Shown: one piece after another, positions 1 through 9,300 of the stretch
Numbering within the stretch: position 1 is the first letter of the stretch
Layout: every line of letters starts with the position of its first letter
From: Armatimonadota bacterium
GTDB lineage: Bacteria > Armatimonadota > Armatimonadia > Armatimonadales > Armatimonadaceae
Assembly: GCA_043754515.1 (NCBI GenBank)
Contig: JAYUUO010000263.1
Coordinates: forward strand, 1-24,854
DNA: 24,854 bases
Reading direction: 5' to 3'
Position numbers and translations under genes: made by a program
The notes under the pieces: model-generated
What the model was told of the DNA's origin: nothing
Database searches by the model: none
What the model saw: the letters and a program-made list of their open reading frames with translations, nothing else

Positions 1-62
1 CCCGGATGCGGCTCCCAATCCCAAAGGCGTTTAGCAAGAGCAAGCCGATCAGCACCGGTCAC
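1..62 (-). CDS. 5' fragment of a probable terminase large subunit (runs off the window)
   Basis: Not in the ORF track. GTG at 62 overlaps the TGA of 59..337 (GTGA) and reads MTGADRLALAKRLWDWEPHP(G). W-x-P-H-x-G is typical of the sequence just before the Q motif at TerL N-termini. Only about 20 codons are visible. Confidence 0.5.
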   Translation of the reverse strand, partial: MTGADRLALAKRLWDWEPHP

Positions 63-337
63 GCCTTCGGCGCGACCGCGCCAGACGCGGCCGGAACAAA
101 CGGGCCGCCCATTTTTCCTCGCGAGTGCAAGACCAGCGAAAGCAAATAATGCAAAGCATCCGCGATCGCCGCGTCGCGCTGGGTCTCCGGCAACATCCCA
201 ACAAGCTTGTCCAGCTCATCAACAATCAGCCGGTACCGCGCCGGGACATGAACACGGAATAAATCAGCCGCTGATTTTTCCAAATTGACCTGGGGAACCC
301 CCAGCTCGTCATGCAAAACCTTAGATACATCACTCAT
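59..337 (-). CDS. hypothetical protein, 92 aa (phage cluster)
   Basis: ATGA overlap with the upstream ORF (334-337) and GTGA overlap with the downstream ORF indicate translational coupling. No motif recognised. Confidence 0.7.
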   Translation of the reverse strand: MSDVSKVLHDELGVPQVNLEKSAADLFRVHVPARYRLIVDELDKLVGMLPETQRDAAIADALHYLLSLVLHSRGKMGGPFVPAASGAVAPKA

Positions 338-593
338 AATAAAGAACTCTCCAATAATTGATCACGAACCCGCCGCCGGTTCCCTTCATCGAGCAAGAAC
401 CGATCCCAGGCCTCCCGATCAACAATGTTCCCATCCTCATCGAGGAGCGAGCGGCGAAAGCAACGGCACCTCTCATGCACCGGCGGTATCGGCCCCTCGC
501 CCCCAAAAAAGAACGTCCCATCAAGCCCAGACAATAAGCACACGTGTGCATATTCAGGATAGCCACCCACAAATCAACCGGGAGCCGAGCCAC
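334..593 (-). pseudogene. MuF/SPP1 gp7-like head morphogenesis motif mini-gene split by a -1 frameshift
   Basis: Frame 330..593 reads WVAILNMHTCAYCLGL and frame 334..570 continues LDGTFFFGGEGPIPPVHERCRC. Joined, they give the MuF signature (ail D.rTC..C..LDG..f...PP.H..CRC). The junction is at about 520-530. Confidence 0.7.
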
Positions 594-617
594 CCGGCAA
601 AAGTTCCTTTCGCCTGT

Positions 618-1547
618 CTAAGACGAAGCCGACCCATCCGACTTGAAAGCGAAGTGCCACAACCCGTACCCCGCGTTGTGCCGCGCCCGAACCCCGTACA
701 AATAAACATCCCGCATGAAATCGTTCTCCGTCACCCCGTCGCTACCATCCAAAGCCTTCAATTCCGGCAAGATCCGTTGCTGAACAAAGAACGGCTTCAC
801 CGAATGCGAACAATCCAGCAAGTGCCACTCCGTCGCGCTCGCAAGCCGCGGAGAACTCACCACGCTCAGCGACTTAAACAGCGGGTTAGAAGCGTTGAGA
901 CCCGGCGAGCCAGCCCCACTGCCCTGATTCGGCGTGTAAGCCGAGTTAATCAGGATATTCGCCGCCCAATAGTTTTCGGGCGACACAAGCAAATGCGTCG
1001 GCTCCACCATCGCCGGATCACCGTTATCCATCGGCACCCGCATCATCCGCGAAATCGCCGACTGCAAGTTCGCCGCCGAAAGAACCCCCGTGCCCGCGTT
1101 GTTCACCGTCGCCCCGTTCACCTGGTGCGGCCCGTAAAACGGCACCCCATCATACGAAAGCCCCAGCGACCCGTTTCCGATCAGATCGAAAACCATCTTG
1201 TCGTAGTGCGCGTTCGCTTGTTCCGCCAGCTGCTCAATGCGCATCCGCACCGACCCCGTCTGATCGTCCTCCAGAACCTCCCGCTCGAAGCCGATCGTCG
1301 CTTCCCACTTCTTATTCTTCAGAGCGAAGCCGTACTCCCCCAGCCCCGATACCTTCCGCTCATCAATAAACTCCCGCATCACCGGCACCTGCGAGAGCCA
1401 GGCATACTCCTCCGTAGCAAGCGTCGAAGGCACCACCGAAGCGATCTGCTGGTACACCCCCGGCCGCAGTTTGAGCGAGCTTTCAAAGATCGAGAGCACG
1501 CCCGCGCTAAAGATCCGCACCATATCCCGAGTAACTGCAACAGCCAT
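618..1547 (-). CDS. Mu-like prophage major head (capsid) subunit, gpT family
   Basis: Motifs STLATEEYAWLSQVPVMREF, ALKNKKWEATIGFEREVLEDDQTG, PTHLLVSP, KPFFVQQR and YLYGVRARHNAGYGLW are characteristic of gpT. Purine-rich RBS (AAGGGGG) upstream. Confidence 0.93.
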   Translation of the reverse strand: MAVAVTRDMVRIFSAGVLSIFESSLKLRPGVYQQIASVVPSTLATEEYAWLSQVPVMREFIDERKVSGLGEYGFALKNKKWEATIGFEREVLEDDQTGSVRMRIEQLAEQANAHYDKMVFDLIGNGSLGLSYDGVPFYGPHQVNGATVNNAGTGVLSAANLQSAISRMMRVPMDNGDPAMVEPTHLLVSPENYWAANILINSAYTPNQGSGAGSPGLNASNPLFKSLSVVSSPRLASATEWHLLDCSHSVKPFFVQQRILPELKALDGSDGVTENDFMRDVYLYGVRARHNAGYGLWHFAFKSDGSASS

Positions 1548-1643
1548 TTTTCATTCCCCCTTCGGGCGAGGGGGCTACGCCCCCCGCCCCACGTAAATAA
1601 TTCCTGCCCGTCCTGTTCGTTAGAAACTTCGTTTCAACGGTTC

Positions 1644-1691
1644 CCCCTCCCTCAAGTCGGCAAAATGCTTTTGCCTGTATTGAGGGAGGGG
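1644..1691. repeat. long intergenic hairpin upstream of the capsid gene
   Basis: cccctccctcaa (1644-1655) pairs with ttgagggagggg (1680-1691), enclosing ggcaaaa-tgc-ttttgcc (1659-1675). Confidence 0.8.
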
Positions 1692-1732
1692 CACCCAGGG
1701 GGTACCCGGGGGAGGGAGTCCGACCAGCGGAG

Positions 1733-2707
1733 CTACCGCCCTTCGCCGAATCCCGAATTGTCATCGCCGCCGTAGCCACCGCCTCGCGCCGCGCCGAACC
1801 GATCCGCTTCCGACCGCCCATACAAGTCCGTCTGCGCCGCGTGAGACGCGCCCGACGTCACCCCAGGCGTCACCGACACACCCGCCGTCGGATGCACGAG
1901 CGTCACGCCCGCCGGAAGCCCGAGCCAAACACTTAAGCCCACTTCATCGCCGACGAGCAAGCCCCGGTCGGTAAAGTCCTTCACCACCCGCCGCCGTGCG
2001 TCAAGCTCCCCCGACGAAAGCGACAGCGCGACCGGAGCCGCGCCGATCAGCCCGAGCAAAACCCGCGACTCCCCGATAGAAATAATCCCCGCCGACAACT
2101 GCGCCAGCACCGCTTCGCTTTTAAGCTTCAGCGCGTCCGCAACCAGACGGCCACGCTCATCGCCGACACGCCCCGTAACAGCGGCCACGTTAGCCGAATC
2201 CACGGCAATCTTCGACGTCTGCGCAGCCACATGCGACGCATCCGCCCCGAGCTTCGCCACGCTCGCCGCGCCCGCCACCGGAATCAGAGTCGTTTCCGCC
2301 GTGATCTTCGCACTTTCCGCCGTCAAATGAACAACCGTCGCCGCGTCCTTCGCCGTGCCCGGAGCCAGAATCAGATACGGTCCCAGCTCCTCCTCGGCGG
2401 CTTGCCGAAGTCGAAGCGAATAATCACGCGGCGGATCTTTAATCACGATCCCGCTATCCGAGAAGCCCGCCAAACTCCCATCACGCGCCCGCATCTCAAG
2501 CACTTCGGCGGCGATCAGCTTAGCAACACCACGCCTTAGCAGCGGCCCGAGAGCCGCCGTCGCCAGCGCGGACGGCAGAAGCCTCGACTCCTGCGCCCCC
2601 TGCTCATAACTTTTCACCGCCGCAACATCCGCCGCCGCAACCGTATCCGCCGCCGCAAGCCGCGACAACGTCAAAACCTCAAGATCCGTAATCACAAGCA
2701 CACTCAT
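1733..2707 (-). CDS. phage head-associated protein: gp36/connector-like N-terminus, Ala-rich heptads, portal-tail-like C-terminal helices
   Basis: Start abuts the SGNH stop (TAA ATG). The helical N-terminal ~115 aa ends RQAAEEELGPYL, like head-tail connectors. Later motifs AGIISIGESRVLLGL and DRGLL...LGLP resemble portal C-termini. The ORF is solid; the product call is tentative. Confidence 0.5.
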   Translation of the reverse strand: MSVLVITDLEVLTLSRLAAADTVAAADVAAVKSYEQGAQESRLLPSALATAALGPLLRRGVAKLIAAEVLEMRARDGSLAGFSDSGIVIKDPPRDYSLRLRQAAEEELGPYLILAPGTAKDAATVVHLTAESAKITAETTLIPVAGAASVAKLGADASHVAAQTSKIAVDSANVAAVTGRVGDERGRLVADALKLKSEAVLAQLSAGIISIGESRVLLGLIGAAPVALSLSSGELDARRRVVKDFTDRGLLVGDEVGLSVWLGLPAGVTLVHPTAGVSVTPGVTSGASHAAQTDLYGRSEADRFGAARGGGYGGDDNSGFGEGR

Positions 2708-4021
2708 TTAGTGGCTCCCGAAATCTTCCAGCGGGAAGCCCTTCTTCGGCCCGCTCCGCACAAGCCCCAGATCCTCCAGCGGAAAACCCTTCTGAGTCGC
2801 CCCCGCCCGCTCCACCGACGCCACCGCCGCCGCCGGGTCTCCCGGCAACGCCCCCGGCGCCGGAACGGGCGCGTTCCCCACGCCCCGCCCGCCCGGCGGC
2901 ACGTCCCGATTCTCCGCCACCCGCTTCGAGCGCGGCTTCTCCGAATCCAGCATCTCAAGCGGCTGATTCTGCGTATCCGGCTCCGTGATCCGCATCAAAG
3001 GCAACGGGTTCCCGAACGCCGGAAGTGCCGACAAAAGCGCGGAACCCCACGCGTTCCCCACCACAACCGCGCCCGCCCCGTTCGGATGCAATCCATCATC
3101 CGAATACTCCGGGTGAGCCGACACAACACCCGGAAGACTGATATCCCCCACGCACACGACGCCCGAAAGAGACAACACAGAGCGCGTCCTGGCACTCGTC
3201 ACCCGCGGCGGAACCGACCCATACAGCACCACCAGCCCCGGCGAGCGCACATCAAAGAACGGCGAGATCCCCGGCAAAAGCCGCGAAAGAAACAAAGGCG
3301 AGAAAGGCGCGTTGAGCGAGATCCGCGTCACGAGCGGGCACTGGAGTGCCACCGCGTCACAGATCAATTGCAAGTTCGACAAATACAAAGACGACAACGC
3401 CTGCGCCGGACCCGTCTTCGAATCGTTCGTCCCCAGACAAATACAAACAAGCGTCACGCCCGCCGCGTTAAAGGCCGCGATCGCGCCCTGCAAAAGACTC
3501 ACGCCCCCGCCGCCGTCCTCGCCGCCCTGCGCGACGGTAGGCAACCAGCTCGTACTCGTGCGGCCCGAGGCACCCCGGTTCACCACCGCGCACACCAGGC
3601 CCGAAAGAGTCGTAACCCGCGAAAGCACAGCCGCGCCCACGGACGCGAGTTGCGTGATCGAATCGCCGATCAGCCCCACGGTAAGACCCGCCACCGGTGC
3701 CGTACCGACGAAAGCCGTGCCCAGCGTGTGCGCCGGGGTGCCCGTGTTGGCGCACGGGGTCCCGTCGGCGTTATTCGTCGGCACCGCCGAAAGTGAACAC
3801 AGATACTGGTTCGTGAAGCCGTCCACCGCGGTGGAGGCACTCACGTTGCCCACCGTGTAGTCGCCCGCCCGCCACGCGTTCGGCCCCGTCGCGCCCGAGC
3901 CACCGCCCGTGATATGGATGATGTCGCCGACCACCGAGGTCAGCGGCGTCACCGGGTCGAACACCCAGGACTGTGCCGAAGACCACGACCGTAAGTTAGA
4001 GTAAGTGGTATAGGTAGGCAT
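2708..4021 (-). CDS. SGNH/GDSL hydrolase with Thr/Gly-rich N-terminal domain and low-complexity C-terminal tail
   Basis: All four catalytic blocks are present: IGDSIT, NRGASG, LGTND and DGLHPN. The start is moved to ATG 4021 (MPTYTTY), 4 nt after the upstream stop. Confidence 0.88.
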   Translation of the reverse strand: MPTYTTYSNLRSWSSAQSWVFDPVTPLTSVVGDIIHITGGGSGATGPNAWRAGDYTVGNVSASTAVDGFTNQYLCSLSAVPTNNADGTPCANTGTPAHTLGTAFVGTAPVAGLTVGLIGDSITQLASVGAAVLSRVTTLSGLVCAVVNRGASGRTSTSWLPTVAQGGEDGGGGVSLLQGAIAAFNAAGVTLVCICLGTNDSKTGPAQALSSLYLSNLQLICDAVALQCPLVTRISLNAPFSPLFLSRLLPGISPFFDVRSPGLVVLYGSVPPRVTSARTRSVLSLSGVVCVGDISLPGVVSAHPEYSDDGLHPNGAGAVVVGNAWGSALLSALPAFGNPLPLMRITEPDTQNQPLEMLDSEKPRSKRVAENRDVPPGGRGVGNAPVPAPGALPGDPAAAVASVERAGATQKGFPLEDLGLVRSGPKKGFPLEDFGSH

Positions 4022-4025
4022 AGAT

Positions 4026-4451
4026 CTACCCCCCCGCGCGGTTGATCCGCACCCGGACCTGCCCGCCCACCACCAGCGCGACGATATCGCCCACATACAC
4101 CTTATTCGTCGAAGCCGCGAAAAGGCAAACCGTGTTATCGTCGAAGGCGTATGCCTTCTTACCGATCACCGCCTGAGAAGCCGCCACGCCCGAAAGCCCA
4201 TAGATCATCGAGCCAACCTTAGTCACACGCAAGCCTAAGCCCCCGTCCGCGCCGGTCCGATTGTCACCACCCTCGAAAGCCACGCCCGCGAAGGTGACGG
4301 CGGCGAGGTCGCCCGCCTTCACCAGAAAGCCCGACGCGTCATCCACCGCCACCAGCGCACCCTTATAGATCAGGGTCGCCGCCTTCATATTGTAGCCGAC
4401 AAGCTCGGCGGGCTTATCATCCGCGTCATAAGAACCAGTCAAGTTAGCCAT
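4026..4451 (-). CDS. capsid cement/decoration-like protein (DUF2190-like, Mu-like heads)
   Basis: 141 aa with AATLIYKGALVAVD..GFLVKA, FAGVA, IGKKAYAFDDNTV and VGDIV motifs. It follows the protease, as in Mu-like head modules. GGAGA RBS. Confidence 0.75.
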   Translation of the reverse strand: MANLTGSYDADDKPAELVGYNMKAATLIYKGALVAVDDASGFLVKAGDLAAVTFAGVAFEGGDNRTGADGGLGLRVTKVGSMIYGLSGVAASQAVIGKKAYAFDDNTVCLFAASTNKVYVGDIVALVVGGQVRVRINRAGG

Positions 4452-4535
4452 AATATCAATTCTCCCGAATAGGTCAGAACTCGTTTCGACCGAACCGATG
4501 GAGCACGTCCGTAAACACTACGCCGGAACAAGTGC

Positions 4536-5324
4536 CTAATCCATCGCGACGATTCGCGCCGCCAGTTCTTTAGGGTTAAGCCCGAGACGCATCGCCATCG
4601 CGACGATCTCCGGGTCAACCCGCTCGGCAGTGTCGCGAGGATCCGTACCCGCCCCCGCGCCGGGATGAGAGAACTGCGACGGGATCACCCCGCCGCGCGG
4701 TTGCACAACCGGCATCACATCCAGGAAAGTGATCATGTCAGCGGCCGCCGAACCGCACGAACCGTCGGCGAAGTTCACCGTCCCCGCCGCCGATAGGAGC
4801 CGCGACGCAGGCCCGATCATCGCGGGTGTCAGCTTCCCCTCGTGACTGAACCGCGCCACCGCCTCGTCAATGCTCACCGCCTCGCCGCGAAATTGAACCT
4901 GTCCCCCCGTTAAAAATCCGGTGCCGGGAACGCGCGGCGTCGCCGTCACCGCGACATGATCCAGCACGTAACCGCCGTCCTCATGCGCCTGGAATGCGAC
5001 CGAAAACTTGCCCGCCTCCCGCGCCCGGATGTGCTGGCGGATGCCGACCGAAAACGCAATCGCGCCGTACAACCGACCGCCTTTATGGAACAGCGCGACC
5101 ACCTCGCCGAGCGGGTCGAGCGGCCCATCATGGTGCTCGGTGTTGACCACCACCGTATGATGCCCGCCCGCGAACCGTGCGACGACCTGATCCAAATCGT
5201 CCGGCGTGATCGTCACCCCTTTATCGGGGTACTCACCCGCCTCAAAAAGGCAGACTGGCACCGGGTCATCGGTGATCGTCGCCCCGAACAGGAGCGGCGA
5301 AGGGGGAGATAGGAATAAGAGCAT
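4536..5324 (-). CDS. Mu-like prohead protease/scaffold (gpI family)
   Basis: FEAGEYPDKGVTITPDDLDQVV, VNTEH, GRLYG, KFS and LDHVAVTATPRVPG form the protease part. GKLTPA and the C-terminal AMRLGLNPKEL are typical of the scaffold tail. Confidence 0.85.
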   Translation of the reverse strand: MLLFLSPPSPLLFGATITDDPVPVCLFEAGEYPDKGVTITPDDLDQVVARFAGGHHTVVVNTEHHDGPLDPLGEVVALFHKGGRLYGAIAFSVGIRQHIRAREAGKFSVAFQAHEDGGYVLDHVAVTATPRVPGTGFLTGGQVQFRGEAVSIDEAVARFSHEGKLTPAMIGPASRLLSAAGTVNFADGSCGSAAADMITFLDVMPVVQPRGGVIPSQFSHPGAGAGTDPRDTAERVDPEIVAMAMRLGLNPKELAARIVAMD

Positions 5325-5470
5325 AGAAAAATCCTTTGATCAATCACTTCAGGAGAGGCACCGTCGAAAAATGTCTGCGCCACATCGTCCCCGTCCGAAG
5401 GGCGTCCGGCGACTTCTTTCACCAGGGCTTGCCGCGCTCCGTGCCCCGAAGGGTCGCGCCGGAGCAAGCA

Positions 5471-5758
5471 TCACGCGGCGGGCATGTTCCTCGTCGCGTC
5501 AGCCGCGACCGGGAGCGAGCGGAGCGGGGACGAGTCCGGCGCGCTGATCGCCCCGGAATTCACCGCGCTCTCCAGCGCGAAGTGGATCTGCTTACGCGCC
5601 GCCTCCCGCGCTTCCCGTTTGGCACGTAGCGCGACAACGAGCGACGCCAATGCCATCAAAATCGCCGGACACTGGTCCAGGGCTTTCCCCATCAGTGCCG
5701 TCCAGTTCTCACTCGAAATGAGTACCGCGAGCACGGGAGATTGGGTAACTTGTTCCAC
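5471..5758 (-). CDS. small membrane protein, 95 aa (holin-like topology possible)
   Basis: GTG at 5758 follows a GAGGTG RBS. The hydrophobic segment PAILMALASLVVAL is followed by basic RAKREAREAARK. It is the first gene after the cluster promoter. Confidence 0.55.
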   Translation of the reverse strand: MEQVTQSPVLAVLISSENWTALMGKALDQCPAILMALASLVVALRAKREAREAARKQIHFALESAVNSGAISAPDSSPLRSLPVAADATRNMPAA

Positions 5759-5855
5759 GGTCCACCTCGCCCTTTCCGCAACGCCGACTGCCCCTACAAT
5801 TCGAGGAGTCGCTACCCTGGAAAGCAGAGGGGCTAGCCGCGACGATGACAGGCAC

Positions 5856-5897
5856 AATATAACACACGGGATCGGCCAGGGTAAACAAAAAGTAAAC
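5856..5897 (-). promoter_or_regulatory. promoter of the head-gene cluster (extended -10 plus upstream conserved box)
   Basis: Minus strand: GTTTACTTTTTGTT, then TTTACC-18-TATATT with TG at the extended -10 position. gtaaaca occurs twice 11 bp apart (5881, 5892). Confidence 0.65.
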
Positions 5898-6375
5898 AGT
5901 TTAGACCCGCCGCGTACGCCGAGGGTGGGGGCACGTGCCAATAACGGAGAATGGGGAACCGGGAGCCGATGCGAGGGACCGGTGGAACACAAGGCACCCA
6001 GAAAAAACAAAAACGACGGTCGCACCCGCTGATCGGGTCGCCGTCGTGTCCTGTGGAAGCCGGTGGTACCAGCCTACAAACCGTATTCGTTGCTTTCGGA
6101 GAACTTTCCGCTACTCGTTTCGCTCTCCGAATCGAGTACGTATATATAATACCACGATCCGCGAACGCGCCGCCACATGAAATCATACGAAGGGTTGTCC
6201 TTTAAAGGCCCGTATCCTGTCGTTACTCAACATGAATCGCATGAATCGTACACCATAACAGGATATATCCACCTTATATCATTGAGATATGTCTGATAAA
6301 CGTATCGCTAAAAAGGAGCGGCGGGCAACGCCGCGCACGCCCCCGGCGGAAGCGATAAACTGTCGTCACCATTCA

Positions 6376-9300
6376 ATGATGAAACCATCACTCCTTCTCG
6401 CGCTGATCCTCCCAGCCATGTTTCTACCATCGCTCCGTTCCGGCGCGCCCGCGCCGCCCGCCTCTAGTGCCCCCCCCGCCAGCGCGCCCGCGCTAACGCC
6501 GGTGCCGATGCCCACACCCTCGCCGCCCTCCGAGCTGCCCACCCTGCGCCGGTCCCCGCTGTCCTTCGTGGGGCGAGTCGGTGCCGTTTCCGTGTTCAGC
6601 CGCGAGATCAACCGCGTCACCGATATGGCGCGGGGCCGCGACGCGGTCTGGCTTGGTACCCGCCTCGGCGTCAAGCGCATAGACAACATCCCCGGCAACG
6701 GGGAGTCTTACGGCGCGACGCACGTCTACGGCGCGGGCGATGGCTTGCCGTGGGGCGTGGCGCAGTGCATCGCCACCGACGACGAGGGCGACCGCGCGGT
6801 CACTATAGTCGAGGTGGCGGGCTATCCCGACAAACTCCCCTACGCGCTCTGCCTGTACCACCCCGAGACCGACCGCTGGCAGGTGATCGCGCGGCTCCCC
6901 GGAAACCGTTCCGGCCGCTCGCTAGACAGTTCCGGCTGGCAACCCGGTTTTTTTGAACGCGAGCTACCCCCCTACTACGTCGCGATTGACGGGAAGTACG
7001 TGTCGCTCATGGTGTCCACTGTTGTCGGACGGGAGCCGCTCCTGTCGCGCTACGACAAGTTCACCGGCGCGCCCGCCGCGCCGATCACGGCGCCGATACT
7101 CGCGGACGGTGACGCGCCGTCGCTGACCATCCGCGCAACCGCCCGCGATAGAGATACGATCTATCTAGCGACGGAGCGCGGTCTATTCACGGTGGACACG
7201 GGCGCGGGGACCGTGGCACGATACTTCCCCGGCATGTACGTGGGCGGTGTCGGTGTCGCCCCACCCGGAAGTGAGGCCGAGGACACGCTCTGGTTCACCG
7301 CCGCGCCCCGCATGCCGGTCGCGGGCGGCGACGATCCAGGGAGCTACGGGTTCCTCCGCTCGTTCTCGCTGATCACGAAGCGGGACGGGGGCGTTCGCGT
7401 CTCGCTGAAAGCAGAGGGCGGGCAGAGCGAACTACGCGTCGGCGAGGACGGATTGCCCTACCTGGTGCAACGCGGTCAATTCGCCCGCTACGAGCCGAAG
7501 GGTAAGATCTGGCGGCACTTCGGGACACTCCCGCTCACGCCCCCGATGTTCGGCAGTAATCATCAACCCGCGTACACAACCGCGATACCGGGGCGGGGCG
7601 ACGTGCCGGACTCGGTCGCCGCCGTCCGCGCCTATGCGCGGAAGGATTTCGCGATGGACGACGAGGAGCGACTGCGTTGGACGCGGGAGCGGTTCCGCCA
7701 CTGGGTGTCCCCCGATGTCCGCGCGGCGGTCGCCGCGACCGGTGTTCGTGAGGGAGCGGCGACCGGTACCAGTTTTGCGGTCAGCGCGAGCGGGGCGGCT
7801 ACCGAGTCGGTCGCGACATCGAGAGAGCGGGGCGAACTGAACCGCCTCCCCGCAACGCGGTATAATGGGTCGAGCAATAAAACGCCGGATCCGTTCATCC
7901 CGCGCCGCGAGTGGAGCACCGGCAATTGGGGGGTGCCCCTCCCCCGGCTACTCAAGTGGGATACGGCGCGGGAGACTGCGGGGGACTTCGGCCCGGTTAT
8001 GACGTTCGCGGATCGCTTCCGCGACGAGACAATTAGCAACGCCGACCTGATGCGGGCGAACAAAGCCTTAATCAGGCTCAGGGCGAAGCCGCGCCCCGCG
8101 CCATACGTCGCGATCCCGCTCAACTTGCCCCCACTCCGCCGCGCCCCACCCCGCGTGACCGGCCTGAGCAGAGGGTACGGGAACGGCTCGGACGAGGTGA
8201 TTCTGGAAACGTCGCGCGGACCGCTCTGGCTGTTCAGCGTGGGGGGCGACGGGGAGGCGGAAGTAGTTTGGTTGTCGCAAGCCGAGAAGAAACAGCGCGA
8301 AGCGGAAGCGGCGAACACCCCCGCGCGGTCCCTTGATGCGCCGCCACCCGCCGACGCCCCCGGAATGCCGCGTGACCCCGCCTCCACAACACCGCTGATC
8401 ACCCGTGCGCTGGGAGATCCCGGAGGAGGCCATACCTACTACCTGGTCGCGGGATCGCCGCGACTATGGCTCTATAACGCCTCCAAACCCGGCTGGGAGC
8501 CGAAAGCCGCGCTCCCCGCTTCTGTCCAGCAGTTCGTTGGCGGGGACGGGAAACGGCTCAACGATCCGCTAACCGCGATTCTCGGCAACGGCTTGCTTGT
8601 TGTTAGCACGGACGGCGTGTGGAAGTACGACCAGTACAGGGACGCGGGACAGGGCAGGTGGCTCGCGGTGTCGCTCCCGCCCAAGTTCGCCCCGGCGGAT
8701 GCGTACACAGGCAGCGTGGTCGCCCCGAGCGATCTCGAAACAGTGAGCGTGGTCGCGGAACCGGGGAGCGTTTTGATCGCCGGGCGGGGCAGACAACAGA
8801 GCGACTCGCCATTCCTGATCCGCTGGGACAAGAAGACGGGGCGAAGTACGCTTCTCGCGGACGGCAGGAACGGACTTCCGTTCCTGCACGGCAACGCACC
8901 GCTCCTGTTCGGCGATGGCGAAGCGGCCTGGATCGCGCAACAGCCGAGAGGGGACGAGCCGGGCGGGGCGTTCCGCTGGGACGCGCGAGCGAAGCGGTTC
9001 ACCCCGATCACGGACGAAACGGTGCTCGCTATGGAGGCCGACAACCACGCGACCCACGACGTGACGGACAAACGCGCCACCCGCGACGTGTTTCTGCTGA
9101 CCCGGAGCGCGATTCTGCGCTGGCACCGCGCGACGGGCCGCGTGACGCGGTTTCCGCTACCGATCCCGAACAGCGCGCGGCTCGTGACACAAACCCCGGC
9201 GACCCTCTATGTACTAGCGGGGGACATTGTATTCGGCTGGGACAAGGGCATGGAGCGGTGGCAACGGCTCGCCGCCGTGCCGCGCACGGGGGATTACGCG

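Noticed and set aside
618..1547. Classical family 1/2 encapsulin
   Set aside because: The motifs are Mu gpT, and a protease, cement and probable terminase accompany it.
285..1775. 496-aa plus-strand ORF and the many other Arg/Pro-rich overlapping ORFs
   Set aside because: These are antisense or alternate-frame shadows of real genes in GC-rich DNA, with no motifs.
4475..4495. Shared motif before the cement gene and the capsid gene (cf. 1621-1640)
   Set aside because: The similarity is short and gapped, so it cannot be distinguished from chance.
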